64,000 nucleotides of DNA. Origin: Heterodontus francisci. Its lineage: Eukaryota. The notes below the pieces were generated by a model. It was not told the DNA's origin. It worked only from the letters and a program-made list of their open reading frames with translations, and made no database searches. The stretch lies in the NCBI RefSeq assembly GCF_036365525.1, contig NC_090371.1, positions 41,865,200-41,929,199 on the forward strand. The letters are read 5' to 3'. The translations under genes and the position numbers were made by a program. Below are positions 1-13,700 of the stretch, piece by piece (position 1 is the first letter of the stretch; the number at the start of each line of letters is the position of its first letter).

Positions 1-475
1 CTATCAATCTCAGTTTTATATTTAACAATTGATTCAGCATTAATTGCTGTTTGCAGAAGAGAGTTCCCAACTTCTTCCATCCTTTGTGTGCAGGAGTGTT
101 TCCTAAATTCACTCCTTGAAAGGCCTGGCTTTTTAATTTTTAGATTATGCCCCCTAGTTCTAGACTCCCCAATTAGTAGAAATAGCTTCTCTCTATCTAC
201 TCCGCTTAGTGTCTTGAAACTTCTATTTACATCACCTCTTAATTTTCTAAATTCTGGAGATTACAACCCTAGTTTGTGTAATCACTCCTCATAACTTAAT
301 CCTTGGAGTCTACCTATCATTCAGGTAAATCTACGCTGCACTCCATCAAAGACTAATAAATCCTTCCCAAGGTGTGGTGCCCAGAACTGCTCGCTGTACT
401 CCAGGTTTGGTCTAACCAGAGCTTTTTAATATCTGAAGCATGACTTCTACCCCATTGTATTTTAACCCTCTAGAT

Positions 476-1099
476 CGGTATAGAATACAAGAGCAGGGAG
501 GTTATGCTGGAACAGTATAACTCATTGGTTAGGCCACAACTTGAGTACTGTGAGCAGGAGTGGTCACCTCATTACAGAAAGGATATAATTGCACTAGAGA
601 GGGTGCAGAGGAGATTTACGAAGATGTTGCCAGGACTGGTAAAATGCAGCTCCGAGGAAAGATTGGATAGGCTGGGGTTGTTCTCCTTGGAACAGAGAAG
701 ATTGAGGGGACAGCTAATTGAAATGTACAAAATTTTGAGGGGCCTGGATAGAGTGGAAGTGAAGGGTCTATTCACCTTAGCAGAGAGGTCAGTGACGAGG
801 AGGCATAGATTTAAAGTGATTGGTAGAAAAATTAGAGGGGAGATGAGGAAAAACTTTTTCACCCAGAGGGTGGTGATAGTCTGGAATTCACTGCCTGAAA
901 GGCTAGTTGAGGCACAGACACTCAACTCATTCAAAAGGAGTTTGGATATGCACCTCAAATGTTGTAAACTGCAGGGCTACGGACCAAATGCTGGACGGTG
1001 GAATTGGAATAGGTGGATCTTTTTCAGCCTGCACAGATACAAGGGGCCAAGTGGCCACTTTCTGTGCCTTAAACTTTCTATGATCTAAACTTTCTATGA
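476..1099 (+). mobile_element. 5'-truncated CR1 LINE (3' end of ORF2 plus tail)
   Basis: ORF 504-1088 has LVRPQLEYC..WSPHYRKDIIALERVQRRFT and FFTQRVV..WNSLP. The tail has AAACTTTCTATGATCT twice. Flanked by TCTAGAT at 469-475 and 1100-1106. Confidence 0.92.
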
Positions 1100-1259
1100 T
1101 CTAGATACAACGACCAGCATTCCACTAACCTTTCTGATTTTTTTCCATACTTATTTATGGCATTTTAATGATCAATGCACCAGGATCCCCAAGTGTCTCT
1201 GATCTCCACTGTTTCTAGCTTTTCACTATTTAGAAAGTACCCTGTTCTATCCTATTTAA

Positions 1260-1530
1260 TCTTAATGATTTTAATCACTCCACCATTGATGGTCATGTCT
1301 TCAGTTGCCTAGGCCCCAAGATCTGGAATTTCCTCCCTACACCTGACTCTCCACCTCACTTTCCTCCTTTAAAACACCCCTTAAAATCTACGTCTTTTAC
1401 CAAGCTTTTGGTCATCTGACCTAATATCTCCTTTTGTGGCTCAGTGTCATACTTTGTTTTATAATGCTCCTGCAAAGCACCTTGGGATGTTGCATTACAT
1501 TAAAGGCACTATATAAAACTTAAGTTGTTT
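1260..1530 (+). mobile_element. L2-type LINE 3' end
   Basis: GCCTAGGCCCCAAGATCTGGAATT...CCAAGCTTTTGG...AAGCACCTTGGGATG...TAAAGGCACTATATAAA, which matches the other L2-like 3' ends in the window (4700-4890, 43930-44130). Confidence 0.75.
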
Positions 1531-1635
1531 TTAGGTCTAAACTGAATGATCTCACATTTACCTACACTGAAATCCATTTGCCCGTTTTGCCTATTTGCGT
1601 AACCTCTTAATATCTCTTCATATCTCTATCCTCCA

Positions 1636-2483
1636 TTGGAGGATAGCAAAAATCTTCAGGAGGATATAGACAGACTTGTAAAATGGGCAGATATACGGCA
1701 GATGAAACTGAACACAATGATGTCTGAAGTGATGTATTTTGATAGGAAGAATGAGAAGAGGCAATATGAAATCAATGGTGCAATTTTCAAGGGGGTGCAG
1801 GAACACAGAGACCTGGGGTGTATGCACAAATCTTTGATAGTGTCAGGATAAGTTGAGAAGCCTGATGAAAAGCAGATGGGGGTCTTGACTTTATTAATAG
1901 AGAAATAGAGTACAAAAGCAAAGAATTTAAGTTAAACCTTTATAAAACAATGGTTAGGCCTCAACTGGAGCAGTGTTCATTTCTGGGCATCACACTTTAG
2001 GAAGGATGTCTGAAGCCTTGGAGAAGGCACAAAAAGATTTAAAAGAATACCAGGGATGAGGGACCTCAGTTATGTGAGCAGACTGGGGAAGCTGGGATAG
2101 TTCTAACAGCAGAAAGGGTTCACAGGAGATTTAATAGAGGTGTTCAAAATCATCAATTGTTTTCAATAAGGAGGAACTGTTAGGTGTCAGAAGGATCGGT
2201 AATCAGAAGACACAGAGTTAAGGTGACTGACAGAAGAACCAAAGGCAAACTTTTTTTTTAAAACAGAGACTTCTTGTAATCTGAAATACACTGTCTGAAA
2301 GGTGGTGAAAGCAGATTCAACAGTAACATTAAAGAGAGAATTGGATAAATACTTGAAGGGAAAACATTTATAAGACTATGGAGAAAGAGCAGGAGAGTGG
2401 AATTAATTGGACTATCAAAAAAAGCTGGCACAGGCACAATGGGCCGAATGGCCATCTTCTGTGCTGCAACATTTTATGATTCT
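1636..2483 (+). mobile_element. Decayed CR1 LINE 3' portion
   Basis: LQEDIDRLVKWA..QM..N...EVMYF in ORF 1636-1851; CR1 tail GGGCCGAATGGCC..TTCTGTGCTG..TTATGATTCTA. Confidence 0.85.
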
Positions 2484-2569
2484 AGACAAATGTCAAGTAC
2501 TTCATAGGAAGGTAAAATAGCTGAGCCATGTAGTCCAGGAATGGTATTGCAATAGCTATGGTAAAGCTG

Positions 2570-2680
2570 AGAGTCATGGATCTTGGTAGGCTTGACCTGC
2601 AACGTGTCCAACCAATGTAAAACAGCAATCAACAAAGCCAATAAGATGTTGAACTGTGTAAACAAAACAGTAGGAGCAAT
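2570..2680 (+). mobile_element. Very old CR1-like fragment
   Basis: Translates roughly as QCKTAINKANKMLNCV, similar to the CR1 ORF2 'A..KAN.MLG.I' motif. Confidence 0.45.
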
Positions 2681-3304
2681 ATGTTTACGCAGGATTGCTT
2701 TGATATGACGACAAGACTGAATAAGAGTGAGTTAGATACCTGTAGATATAATAATTGTGGGTCGGTTTGATAAAATGACACGACAATTCTTACACTTGTT
2801 AATGCATTCAATATCTCCAGTCTCCCCAGCATCAATTCAAATGCTTTTGTACAGATAGCAATAACAAGGTACAGCCTGAGGCAACTGTGGAGAGGAAACT
2901 AAATATCTCTTCTGTTCTACATCAATAAATTGGTTTTATTCCAGCTCAAGCCAAGACTGATAGCCCCTAGAAATGACCACTATTTGGTAATGTAATAATA
3001 CACAAATTTCCTTTTTCTTACTGTTTGCAGCAGCAGCCTCAGCAAACAGCGTGAGCTGGGTCACTTAAAGACAGAAGAGGGGGTGGGGGTGCTGCTGTTC
3101 ATTCAAGTACATACCCACCCGAGGAGGGTGTACATGCCAAGAGTCACTTTCTTGGCTCTATCTTAGGAGTAGTGCATCTGGGTTTGCAGCAGTGGCTGGC
3201 TTCCCTTGTGTCCAGGGGATTGACTGCGCACAGGTTTCCACAAGGGTGCCAGGACACCAGCCTTGGTGAATAGAAAGGGATACCACTCCATTCATGTCCA
3301 GCTC

Positions 3305-3585
3305 GTGTTCAGAGAGACAGGTAATTGGCAAAAGAAGCAATGGCGACATGAGGGAAAACTTTTCCATGGAGCGAGTGGTTAGGATCTGGAATGCACTGCC
3401 AGAAAGTGTGATGGAGGCAGGTTCAGTAAGGCATTCAAAAGAGAATTAGATAGTTACCTGAAAAAGAAGAATGTGCAGGGTTATGGGGAGATGACACTAA
3501 GTGAATTTCTCACTCGGAGAGCCAGTGCAGACAGGAGGAGTCAAATGACATGCTTCTGTGCTTTTACAATTCAGTAATTCTGCAA
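3305..3585 (+). mobile_element. CR1 LINE 3' fragment
   Basis: GGCGACATGAGGGAAAACTTTT..GAGTGGTTAGGATCTGGAATGCACTGCC, followed by a CR1 tail. Confidence 0.8.
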
Positions 3586-4134
3586 AACTCAACCATTGCC
3601 TCCAATATTCCACTCTTCCACCAATGTAACATGATAGCTGCTGGAAGATAAAGGATACCTGCTATGCCCGTGGCTCATGACAATCCTCTGCAATTCCACT
3701 ATGCCAGAGTATGGGTATTATACCACATGGGTATAATCAAAGCCATGGGACCACCAGGCTGATTATTGAGCAGACCATGGGCTGCTGGAGCAGAGATTTT
3801 GAATAGAGGTGTTGCATTGGTAACCCTTCAGTCTTTTGGCACAACTTTCGTATCCAAGGACATTTGTTATCTGACTTCCCTCAGCATTCTTGCATGCAGC
3901 TGTCAGAGAAAATTGAGGAGCTGCCAATTTCACTAGGGATGCCTGCAAACTGATTTACTGGAACCAGTTCACAAAAATAAAAGATAAATTTGTAACTCCC
4001 TCTACAAGGATGTCAGCAATTTGCCTGCTTCAATGTGGGCTGTTGCTTAATGTCGACTGAAATTATTTAGTTGGCTGGTATCATGCTACAACCTCCAAAC
4101 AGAAGGTATGTGCCTGGAAAAAAGAATCTAGCAA

Positions 4135-4890
4135 ACACTCCAGATAAACACTGGGGAGACTGAAGCCATTGTCTTTGGAAGCTGCCACAAACTAAGTTCC
4201 TTCGCCACTGACTGCATCTTCCTACATTGGCACGGTCTCAAGCTGAACCAGACTGTTTGCAACCTCAGTGTCCTATTTGTCCCTGAGCTAAGCTTCCAAC
4301 CCCATATCCTCTCCATCACAAAGATTTCCACTCTCACCTGCCCCTGCAACTACCTCAACTCATCAGCTGCATAAACCCTCATCCATGCCTTTGATACATC
4401 CATCGACAATTCCAAAGCTCTCCTGCCCAGCTTCCCACATTCCACCTCCATGAGCTCAAGCTCATCCAAAACTCTACTGTTCATGTTATAACCTGCAACG
4501 TCCTGTTCACCCATCATCCCTGTGCTCACTGACCTACACTGGCACTTCGTCCATCAGTGTCTTACTTTTAGAATTCTGATCCTCGTGTTCAATTCCCTCA
4601 AAGGCCTTGCTCCTCCCTATGCAACCTAACCAGCCTCTCCAAGAATTTGCCATTCATCCAACCCTGCCCCTGTTGCATTGCCATTACCACATCATTGATG
4701 GACGCCTTCAGCTACCTAGGTCCCAAGTTCTGGAATTCCCTCCCTAAACCTCTCTCCCCTTCTTAAAACCTGCATTTTGACCAAGCTTTAGTCAAAGCCT
4801 GTGGCCCGGCATCAATTTTTGTTTGATTACACCTTGGAGCCTTTTACTACATTAAAGGTACTTTTGAAAGCAAGATGTTGCTTGCTGTTG
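4135..4890 (+). mobile_element. Decayed L2-type LINE 3' portion
   Basis: '..TEAIVFG', 'LGVLF.PELSF.PHI', 'HITPVL..LHW' and 'P..WNSLP'-like segments, followed by an L2 tail (CATTAAAGG...GCAAGATGTTG). Confidence 0.8.
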
Positions 4891-5554
4891 CTCACATTTT
4901 CAAAATTAGGAAATAATTATATCCCATTTGTTATCTTGTGTAAGCTCAAACCCTGAGCAAATCTTAACCAGGCTCAACTGACTTGAATATTTTGTTAAGA
5001 AATGACAGATCAGCAGAGCAAACCAAGAATGACTGCCAGTAATGTGGCACTGAATCGAACTTTTATGTTCATCTTACTGTGACTAATGCCTCAGCGAGAA
5101 CAATGGATATCCCACAGTAGGTTATTAGGTAACAGTTTCTAACAGATTTAATGTATATTTTGCACGCTAGCTGGAGGTTAAAGATGTTTTTTTGAAAACC
5201 ACATTGCATGCCTCCCATCTAAAGATAAAAGCACAAGTGTCACTTCTCAGCTGCCAAAAACATTATTTTGCTCTGTATCACTAACCTTTACTTTACAACA
5301 TTCTATGAAATAATTGTGGAAGAAACCATGCTGAGTAATCAAAATTAATGAGTTTTGGGTTGCTAGGTTATTTTCACAATTTTCTGTTAATGCCACTAAC
5401 TCACTAGATATAAAAGAGGTCTTTAACTTCCGAGTATTCCACACTCATTCATATGACAAGAGGAGAAAAAGAATTACAGTCAACTTTACAACCATGTGGG
5501 GACTTCTTTTTCAGCTGATCATTCAAAGTCTTTTTTTTTTAAATGTCAGAGCTC

Positions 5555-5902
5555 AAAACCCCTCCCCCACTTCACTGACAACCTCTCACTTTCACGCCCC
5601 CTCAGACACCACACACACTCTCCATTCACAAACACACAATTACCCATCGACATACCCTACTTACTATTTACCCCCTGCATGCACAAACCCCACCACATAC
5701 ATAAATCACACCCTTACCCTCCCCCACCCACATTCTCCACCCCCCCCCCACCCAGAGCAACCCCACACTCACCCCACACACACATCCCCCAAGCGTATGG
5801 ACCCCATCATACACCAACGACCCCCCCCCACCCCAAAACACACCATGCATGGCCTCATCCACTCTCCCTACCCCACTACATGCGCATTCACACACACACA
5901 CG
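5555..5902. repeat. C/A-rich low-complexity tract ending in (CA)n
   Basis: Strongly C+A biased with CCCC/CACA runs. The overlapping H/P/T-rich ORFs are compositional artefacts. Confidence 0.8.
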
Positions 5903-6019
5903 AACAGTTGAAATTATCTGACTGTTGAAGCAAGCCTGGCTGATGACTGCATTTCTGTTGATGTTGATTCAGTTCCTTCATGCTCTTTGTGCTGAAAATC
6001 TCCTCGAATCCACTTCCCC

Positions 6020-6374
6020 TTTAGTTTTAGTTTAGTTTAGAGATACAGCACTGAAACAGGCCCTTCAGCCCACCGAGTCTGTGCCGACCATCAACCACCT
6101 ATTCATACTAATCCTACACCAATTCCATATTCCTACCACATCCCCATCTGTCCCTATATTTCCCTACCACCTACCTATACCAGGGGCAATTTCTACTGGC
6201 CAATTTACCTATCAACCTGCAGGTCTTTGGCATGTGGGAGGAAACCGGAGCACCCGGAGGAAACCCACACAGACACAGGGAGAACTTGCAAACTCCACAC
6301 AGGCAGTACCCAGAATTGAACCCGAGTCGCTGGAGCTGTGAGGCTGCAGTGCTAACCACTGCGCCGCCCCTCCC
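6020..6374 (-). mobile_element. HE1-like tRNA-derived V-SINE
   Basis: Minus strand: A box GGCGCAGTGG, B box GGTTCAATTC, V-domain TGTGTGGAGTTTGCAAGTTCTCCC...GGGTGCTCCGGTTTCCTCCCACA, CR1-like tail ending in (CTAAA)n. Confidence 0.93.
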
Positions 6375-9300
6375 GGTAATGTCGCCAGCACTGTTTGAAA
6401 AGCTTTCCACACATAAAAAGCCCCACATAAACAAACAAGGGATGTTAATCAATTTTCTGTGTTTTTATTTATTTGATTCTTAGAGAAAGTTCTGTTGTTC
6501 AAAAGAAAACAAAGATGTTCTTCACAAATTTTAAAAATATCATTAACAGGCTTTAGTCAAAGTTGAGAACAGCTTAACTAAGAATCTGTAATACCTCTCA
6601 ACACTGCTAATTATCTTATATTTTAACTATTGTTGGTGCAGTCAGATTTTTCTTCACTCTCCTGCATAACAATTTCAGTTTCACAGTTAGATCGATGTAC
6701 TGCAGTGACCTATATTCAGAATCATGTGCAACAGCTCACAGAGCAATGGATAGCACTGAGCATTCATCAATTTAGATTAAAAGAGACAGTGGCCAATAAA
6801 TTCGACTTGCGCCTTTAATAGCTGCAAGTTCAATAGAACTTTGGCTTCACCAGCCGTACCAGCCTGTGGCCCAAGCCAGATGAGACTTAGGGCATCATTT
6901 AAACATCACTGGTGAGCACCAAATAGGAAGGATGGAAAACTATTCAGCTCTTGTGAGCCGGCCAGCAGGTTGGGTCTGAGCAGACCTCGTGAGGATCCCC
7001 CCTGCTGAAGCTTCACTTTCTGGGCCCAAGCAGGAGCACTCCTGCTTTGCTTGGGTCCACAAATATAAGGATTAATAATGTATTGATTAGGAGGACTGAT
7101 TGATTGAAAACGTGACTGGAGAATTGGTGTAGGAGGGAGGGCATCAGATTTCTTAGTCATTGGGACCAGTTCCGGGGCAGGTGGGATCTGTACAAGATGG
7201 ACGGGCTACACTTTAACAGGACAGGAACCAACATCCTTGTAGGGGGATTTGCTAGTGCTGTTGGGGAGGGTTTAAACTAGCTTGTCAGGGGATGGGAACC
7301 TGAGGGGTAGATCAAATTGGAAGGAAGTAAAGTTGGTAACAGGAGGTGGAAAAGTAGCAAGTGATATTAGAAGGCAGGCAAAACAAAGATGAGCATCAAC
7401 TAGGCTTAGAATGCAGAATGCCAAGATAACAAGGTTAAGGGCACTTTACCTGAATGCATGCAGCATTCCCAACAAGGTAGATGACTTAAAGGCTCAAATA
7501 GAGGCGAATGGGTATGATCTAACTGCCATAACAGAAAGGGTGACCAAGACTGGGAACTGAATATTCAAGGATATTCAACATTTAGGAAGGACAGGCGAAA
7601 AGGAGGTGGCGTTGTGCTGATAATAAGGGATGGGATCAGTACATTAGTAAGAGAGGATTTCAGATCGGAAGAACACAATGTGGAAACTGTTTGGATGGAG
7701 CTAAGAAACAGCAAGGGGGAGCAAACATTGGTAGGAGTTGTTTATAGGCCACCAAACAGTAGCGGTAGTGTGGGGCATGGCATTAATCAGGATATTAGAA
7801 AAGCAGGTAGCATGGGTAATACAATAATCATGGGTGACTTCAATCTGCACATAGACTGGGTAAACCTAATGAGCACGAATGCTTTGGAGGACGAGTTTCT
7901 GGAGTGTTATGGATGATTTTCCAGAGCAGCATGTTGAGGAACTGACTAGAGAACAGGCTATTTTAGATCTAATATTATGCAATGAGAAAGGGCGAATTAA
8001 TAATATTGTTATAAAAGAACCGTTAGGGATGAGTGACCATAATGTGATAGAATTTTACATTAGGTTTGAAAGTGAGGTAGTTCAATCTGAAGCCAGGGTG
8101 TTAAATTTGAACAAAGAAAACTATGAGGCGAAAATTGGCTGAGGTGGAATGGGAAAATACATTAAAAGGTACGACAGTACATAGGCAATGGATAGTCTTT
8201 AAAGAACTATTACACAGTATACAGCAACTATATATTCCTTCAAGGCACAAAAACACCAAAAGTAAAGACAGTCAACTGTGGCTAACAATAGAAGTTAAGG
8301 ATTGTATAAAATTAAAAGAAAAGGCCTACGAAGTTGCCAGAAATAGTATTAAACCTGAGGATTGGGAGGATTTTAAAATACAGCAAAGGAGGACCAAAAA
8401 ACAGATAAAGGGGGAATAGAATATGAATGTAAGCTAACAAGAAAATATATAAACGGACACTAAAAGCTTCTATAGGTATGTAAAAAGGAAACGTTTGGCT
8501 AAGACAAATGTGGGTCCATTACAGGCAGAGTCAGGAGAATTTATAACGGGGAATAGAGAAATAGCAGAGAAGCTAAATGATTACTGTGTGTCTGTCTTTA
8601 CTGAGGAAGATACAAAAAATCTCCCAGAATTAGCGATCCAAGGGACTAGGGAGAATGAGGAATTGAAGGAAATTCATATTAGTAAGAAGGTTGCATTGGA
8701 GAAATTAATGGGGATGAAGGTTGATAAATCCCCAAGATCTGATATTCTCATCACAGAGTGTTGAAAGAGCTGGTGATGGAGATAGTGGATGCATTGGTGA
8801 TCATCTTCCAAAATCCTATAGATTCTGGAGCAGTTCCTGCAGATTGGAAGGTCACAAATGTTACCCCACTATTTAAGAAGGGAGGGAAAGAGAAAACAGG
8901 GAATTACAGACTTGTTAGCCTTACATCCATCGTTGAGAAAAAGTTAGAATCTATTCTAAAGGATGTGATAAATTGGCACTTGGATAATATTGATCTGATT
9001 GGGCATAGTCAACATGGATTTATGAATGGGAAATCATGTTGGACGAACCTGTTTGAGGATTTTACGAGCAGAATTGATAAAGGGGAGTCAGTGGACATAG
9101 TATACTTGGATTTTCAAAAGGCCTTTGATAAAGTCCCCCACAGGAAGTTAGTTAGCAAAGTTAAAGCACACGGGATAGGAGATAATATACTGGCATGGAT
9201 TAAGGATTGGTGAAAAGGCAGAAAACAGTGAATAGGAATAAACAGGTGATTCTCATGTTGGCAGGCTGCGACTAGTGGGGTACCGCAAGGATCAGTACTT

Positions 9301-10704
9301 GGGGCCCCAGCTGTTAGAACCATAGAACAATTAAGGCACAGAAGGAGGTTACTCAGCCCATCGTGTCAATACTGGCTGGAAAAACTAGCCGCCCAATCTA
9401 AACCCATCTTCCAGCACCTGGTCCATAGCCTTGCAGGTTACAGCATTTCAGGTACATGTCCAGGTACCTTTTAAAAGAATTGAGGGTTTCTGCCACCACC
9501 ATTCCTGGCAGCGAATTCCAGACACCCACCATCCTCTGGGTGAAAACGTTTTTCCCTCATGTCCCCTCTAATCTTGTTACCAATCACCTTAAATCTGTGT
9601 CCCCTAGTAAGTGACCTCCCCTGCAGGTGAAACAGGTCTTTCCTATCCATTCTATCTAGGCCCCTCATAATTTTGGACACCTCAATTAAGTCATCACTCA
9701 GCCTCCTCAGTTCCAGGGAAAACAACCCTAGCCTATTCAATTTTTCCTCATATCTGCAACTTTCAAGCCCTGGCAACATTCTTTTAAATCTCCTCTGTAC
9801 TGTCTCCAGAGCAATTATGCCCTTTCTGTAATGTGGTGACCAGAACTGTACACAATACTCCAGCTGTGGCCTAACCTGCATTTTATACAGTTCCAGCATC
9901 ACATCCCTGCTTTTGTATTCTATACCTCGGCCAATAAAGGAAAGCATCCATATGGCATCTTCACCACTCTATCCACCTGTCCTGCCACCATCAGGGATCT
10001 GTGGACATGCACTCCAAGGTATCTCACTTCTACCCCTCTCAATATCCTCCCATTTATTGTGTATTTCCTCGCTTTATTTGTCCTCCCCAAATGCATTAAT
10101 TCACTTCTCTGGATCGAACTCCATTTGCTACTTTCCCGCCCACTCAACCAAACCATGGATATCATTCTGGAGTCTACAGCTATCCTCTTCACTATTAACT
10201 ACATGGCCAATTTTTATGTCATCAGCAAATTTCCCAATCATGCCTCCCACATTTAAGTCCAAATCATTAATATATACCACAAACAGCAAGGGACCCAACA
10301 CTGAGCCCTGTGGAACACCTCTGAAAACAGCTTTCCATTCGCAAAAACATCCATCAACTATTACCCTTTGTTTCCTGTCCCTGAGCCAATTCTGGATTAA
10401 ACCTCCCACATTTCCCTGTATCCCATGAGCTTTCATTTTAGTGACCAGTCTGTCATATGGGACCTGGTCAAATGCCTTACTAAAGTCCATGTAGACCACA
10501 TCCACTGCACTACTCTCATCAATCCTCCCTGTCACTTCCTCAAAAAAACTCAATCAAGTTAGTAAGACATGACCTTCCCTTAACAAATCCATGCTGACTA
10601 TCCCTGATTAATCCGTGCAGTTTATCCTGTCTCAGAATTGATTCTAACAACTTACCCACCAGTCAGACTGACTGGCCTATAATTATTTGGCCTATCCCAC
10701 ACAT

Positions 10705-13700
10705 TTTTTAAAAAAAAATTCATTCATGGGATGCAGGTGTCACTGGCCAGGCCCAGCATTTATTGCCCATCCCTAATTGCCCTTGAGAAGATGGTGGTGA
10801 GCTGCCTTCCTGAACCGCTGCAGTCCATTTGGGGTAGGTTGACCCACAGTGTTGTTAGGAAAGGAGTTCCAGGATTTTGACCCAGCGACAGTGAAGGAAC
10901 GGTGATATAGCACCAAGTCAGGATGGTGTGTGACTTGGAGGGGAACTGGCAGGTGGTGGTGTTCCCATGTATTTGCTGCTCGTCCTTCTAGTTGGTAGAG
11001 GTCGTGGGTTTGGAAGGTGCTGTCTAAGGACCCTTGGTGCATTGCTGCATTGCATCTTGTAGATGGTACACACTGCTGCCACTGTGCGTCAGTGGTGGAG
11101 GGAGTGAATGTTTGTACATGGGGTGCCAATCAAGCAGGCTTCTTTGTCCTGGATGGTGTCGAGCTTCTTGAGTGTTGTTGGAGCTGCACCCATCCAGGCA
11201 AGTGGAGAGTAGTCAATCACACTCCTGACTTGTGCTTTGTTGATGTTGGACAGGCTTTGGGGAGTCAGGAGGCGAGTTACTCGCCACAGGATTCCTAGCC
11301 TCTGACCTGCTCTTGTAGCCAGGGTATTTATATGGCTACTCCAGTTCAGTTTCTGGTCAATGGTAGCCCCTAGGATGTTGATAGTGGGGGATTCAGCGAT
11401 GGTAATGCCGTTGAAGTCAAGGGGAGATGGTTAGATTCTCTCTTGTTGGAGATGGTCATTGCCTGGCACTTGCATGGCGCGAAGGTTACTTGCCACTTAT
11501 CAGCCCAAGCCTGGATATTGTCCAGGTCTTGCTGCATTTCTACACGGACTGCTTCAGTATCTGAGGAGTCACGAATGGTGCTGAACATTATGCAATCATC
11601 AGTGAACATCCCCACTTCTGACCTTATGATTGAAGGAAGGTCATTGATGAAGCAGCTGAAGACGGTTGGGCCGAAGACACGACTCTGAGGAACTCCTGCA
11701 GTGATGTCCTAGAGCTCAGATGATTGACCTCCAACAACCACAACCATCTTCCTTTGCGCTAGGTATGACTCCAGCCAGCAGAGGGTTTTCCCCGATTCCC
11801 ATTGACCTCAGTTTTGCTAGGGCTCCTTGATGCCATACTCGGTCAAATGCTGCCTTGATGTTAAGGGCAGTCACTCTCACCTCACCTCTTGAGTTCAGCT
11901 CTTTTCTCCATGTTTGAACCAAGGCTGTAATGAAGTCAGGAGCTGAGTGGCCCTGGCGGAACCCAAACTGAGCGTCACTGAGCACCTTATTGCTAAGCAA
12001 ACGCCACTTGATGGCACTGTTGATGACACCTTCCATCACTTTACTGATGATTGAGAGTAGGCTGATGGGGCGGTAATTGGCCGGGTCGGACTTGTCCTGC
12101 TTTTTGTGTACAGGATATACCTGGGCAAATTTCCACATTGCAGGATAGATGCCAGTGTTGTAGCTGTACTGGAACAGCTTGGCTAGGGGTGCAGCAAGCT
12201 CTGGAGCACAGGTCTTCAGTACTATTGCCGGAATATCGTCAGGACCCATAGCTTTTGCAGTATCCAGTGCCTTCAGTCGTTTGTTGATATCATGTGGAGT
12301 GAATCGAATTGGCTGAAGTCTGACATCTGTGATGCTGGGGACTTCAGGAGGAGGCTAAGATGGATCATCAACTCGGCACTTCTGGCTGAAGAATGCTGCA
12401 AATGCTTCAGCCTTTTCTTTCGCACTGATGTGCTGGGCTCCCCCATCTTTGAGGATGGGGATATTTGTGGAGCCACCTCCTCCAGTTAGTTGTTTAATTG
12501 TCTACCACCATTCACGGCTGGACGTGGCAAGACTGCACAGCTTAGATCTGATCAGTTGGTTGTGGGATCACTCAGCTCTGTCTATTGCATGCTGCTTATG
12601 CAGTTTGGCATGCAAGTAGTCCTGGGTTGTAGCTTCACCAGGTTGACACCTCATTTTGAGGTATGCCTGGTGCTGCTCCTGGCATGCCCTCCTGCACTCT
12701 TCATTGAACCAGGGTTGGTCTCCTGGCTTGATGATAATGGTAGAGTGGGGGATATGCCAGGTCATGAGGTTACAGATTGTAGTTGAGTACAATTCTGCTG
12801 CTGCTGATGGCCCACAGCGTCTCATGGATGCCCAGTTTTTCATTGCTAGATCTGTTCGAAATCTATCCCATTTAGCACGGTGATAGTGCCACACAACACG
12901 ATGGACGATATCCTCAATGTGAAGGCGGGACTTCGTCTCCACAAGGACTGTGCGGTGGTCACTCCTACCAATACATTCATGGACAGAAACACCTGCGGTA
13001 GGCAGATTAGTGATGACGAGGTCAAGTATGTTTTTTCCCTCGTGTTGGTTCCCCCACCACCTGCCGCAGACGCAGTCTGGCAGCTATGTTCTTTAGGACT
13101 CGGCCAGCTCGGTCAGTAGTGGTGCTGTTCAACATGGAGGAGTACTGAGTCATCAGCTGAGGGAGGGCAGTAGGTGGTAATCAGTAGGAGGTTACCTTGC
13201 CCATGTTTGACCTGATGCCATGAGACTTCATGGGGTCCAGAGTCAATGTTGAGGACTCGCAGGGCAACTCCCTCCCTACTGTATACCACTGTGCCACCAC
13301 CTCTGGTGGGTCTGTCCTGCCGGTGGGACAGGACATACCCGGGGATGGTGATGGCAGTGTCTGGGACATTGGCTGTAAGGTATGATTTCGTGAGTATGGC
13401 TATGTCAGGCTGTTGCTTGACTAGTCTGTGGGACAGCTCTCCCAACTTTGGCACAAGCCCCCACATGTTAGTAAGGAGGACTTTGCAGGGTCAACATGGC
13501 TGGGTTTGCTGTTGTTGTTTCCGATGCCTAGGTCTATGCCGGGCGGTCTGTCTGGTTTCATTTCTTTTTATTGACTTCTTAGCGGTTCAGTACAACTGAG
13601 TGGCTTGTTAGGCCATTTCAGAGGGCATGTAAGAGTTAACCACATTGCTGTAGGTCTGGAGGCGCACGTAGGCCAGACCAGGTAAGGACAGCAGATTTCC

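Larger units (their letters stand above)
1..1620 (-). mobile_element. Decayed CR1-type LINE, 3' half of ORF2, split by two later insertions (476-1099 and about 1260-1530)
   Basis: The minus strand encodes CR1 ORF2 C-terminal motifs (GESRTRGH near 150-172). The reading IRKVSGML..SRGLKYNG is continuous once 476-1099 is removed, and the element resumes at about 1531. Confidence 0.8.

Noticed and set aside
572-958. Antisense ORFs over LINEs (e.g. 572-958, 9913-10428, 49095-49451)
   Set aside because: They are shadow frames of CR1 ORF2 and recur only because the repeats recur.
5494-5928. His/Pro/Thr-rich ORFs
   Set aside because: They result from a C/A-rich low-complexity tract that lacks stop codons in several frames.
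10704-10718. Sense-strand T9 (and T8 at 42836-42843) right at the 3' end of the tRNA-headed elements, as a built-in Pol III terminator
   Set aside because: Tempting, but the third copy (49841-49850) ends in an ordinary A-tail. TnAn palindromes also occur at unrelated sites (37339-37353, 45673-45685, 54259-54274), so they may be secondary changes to poly(A). Not counted as evidence without a consensus.
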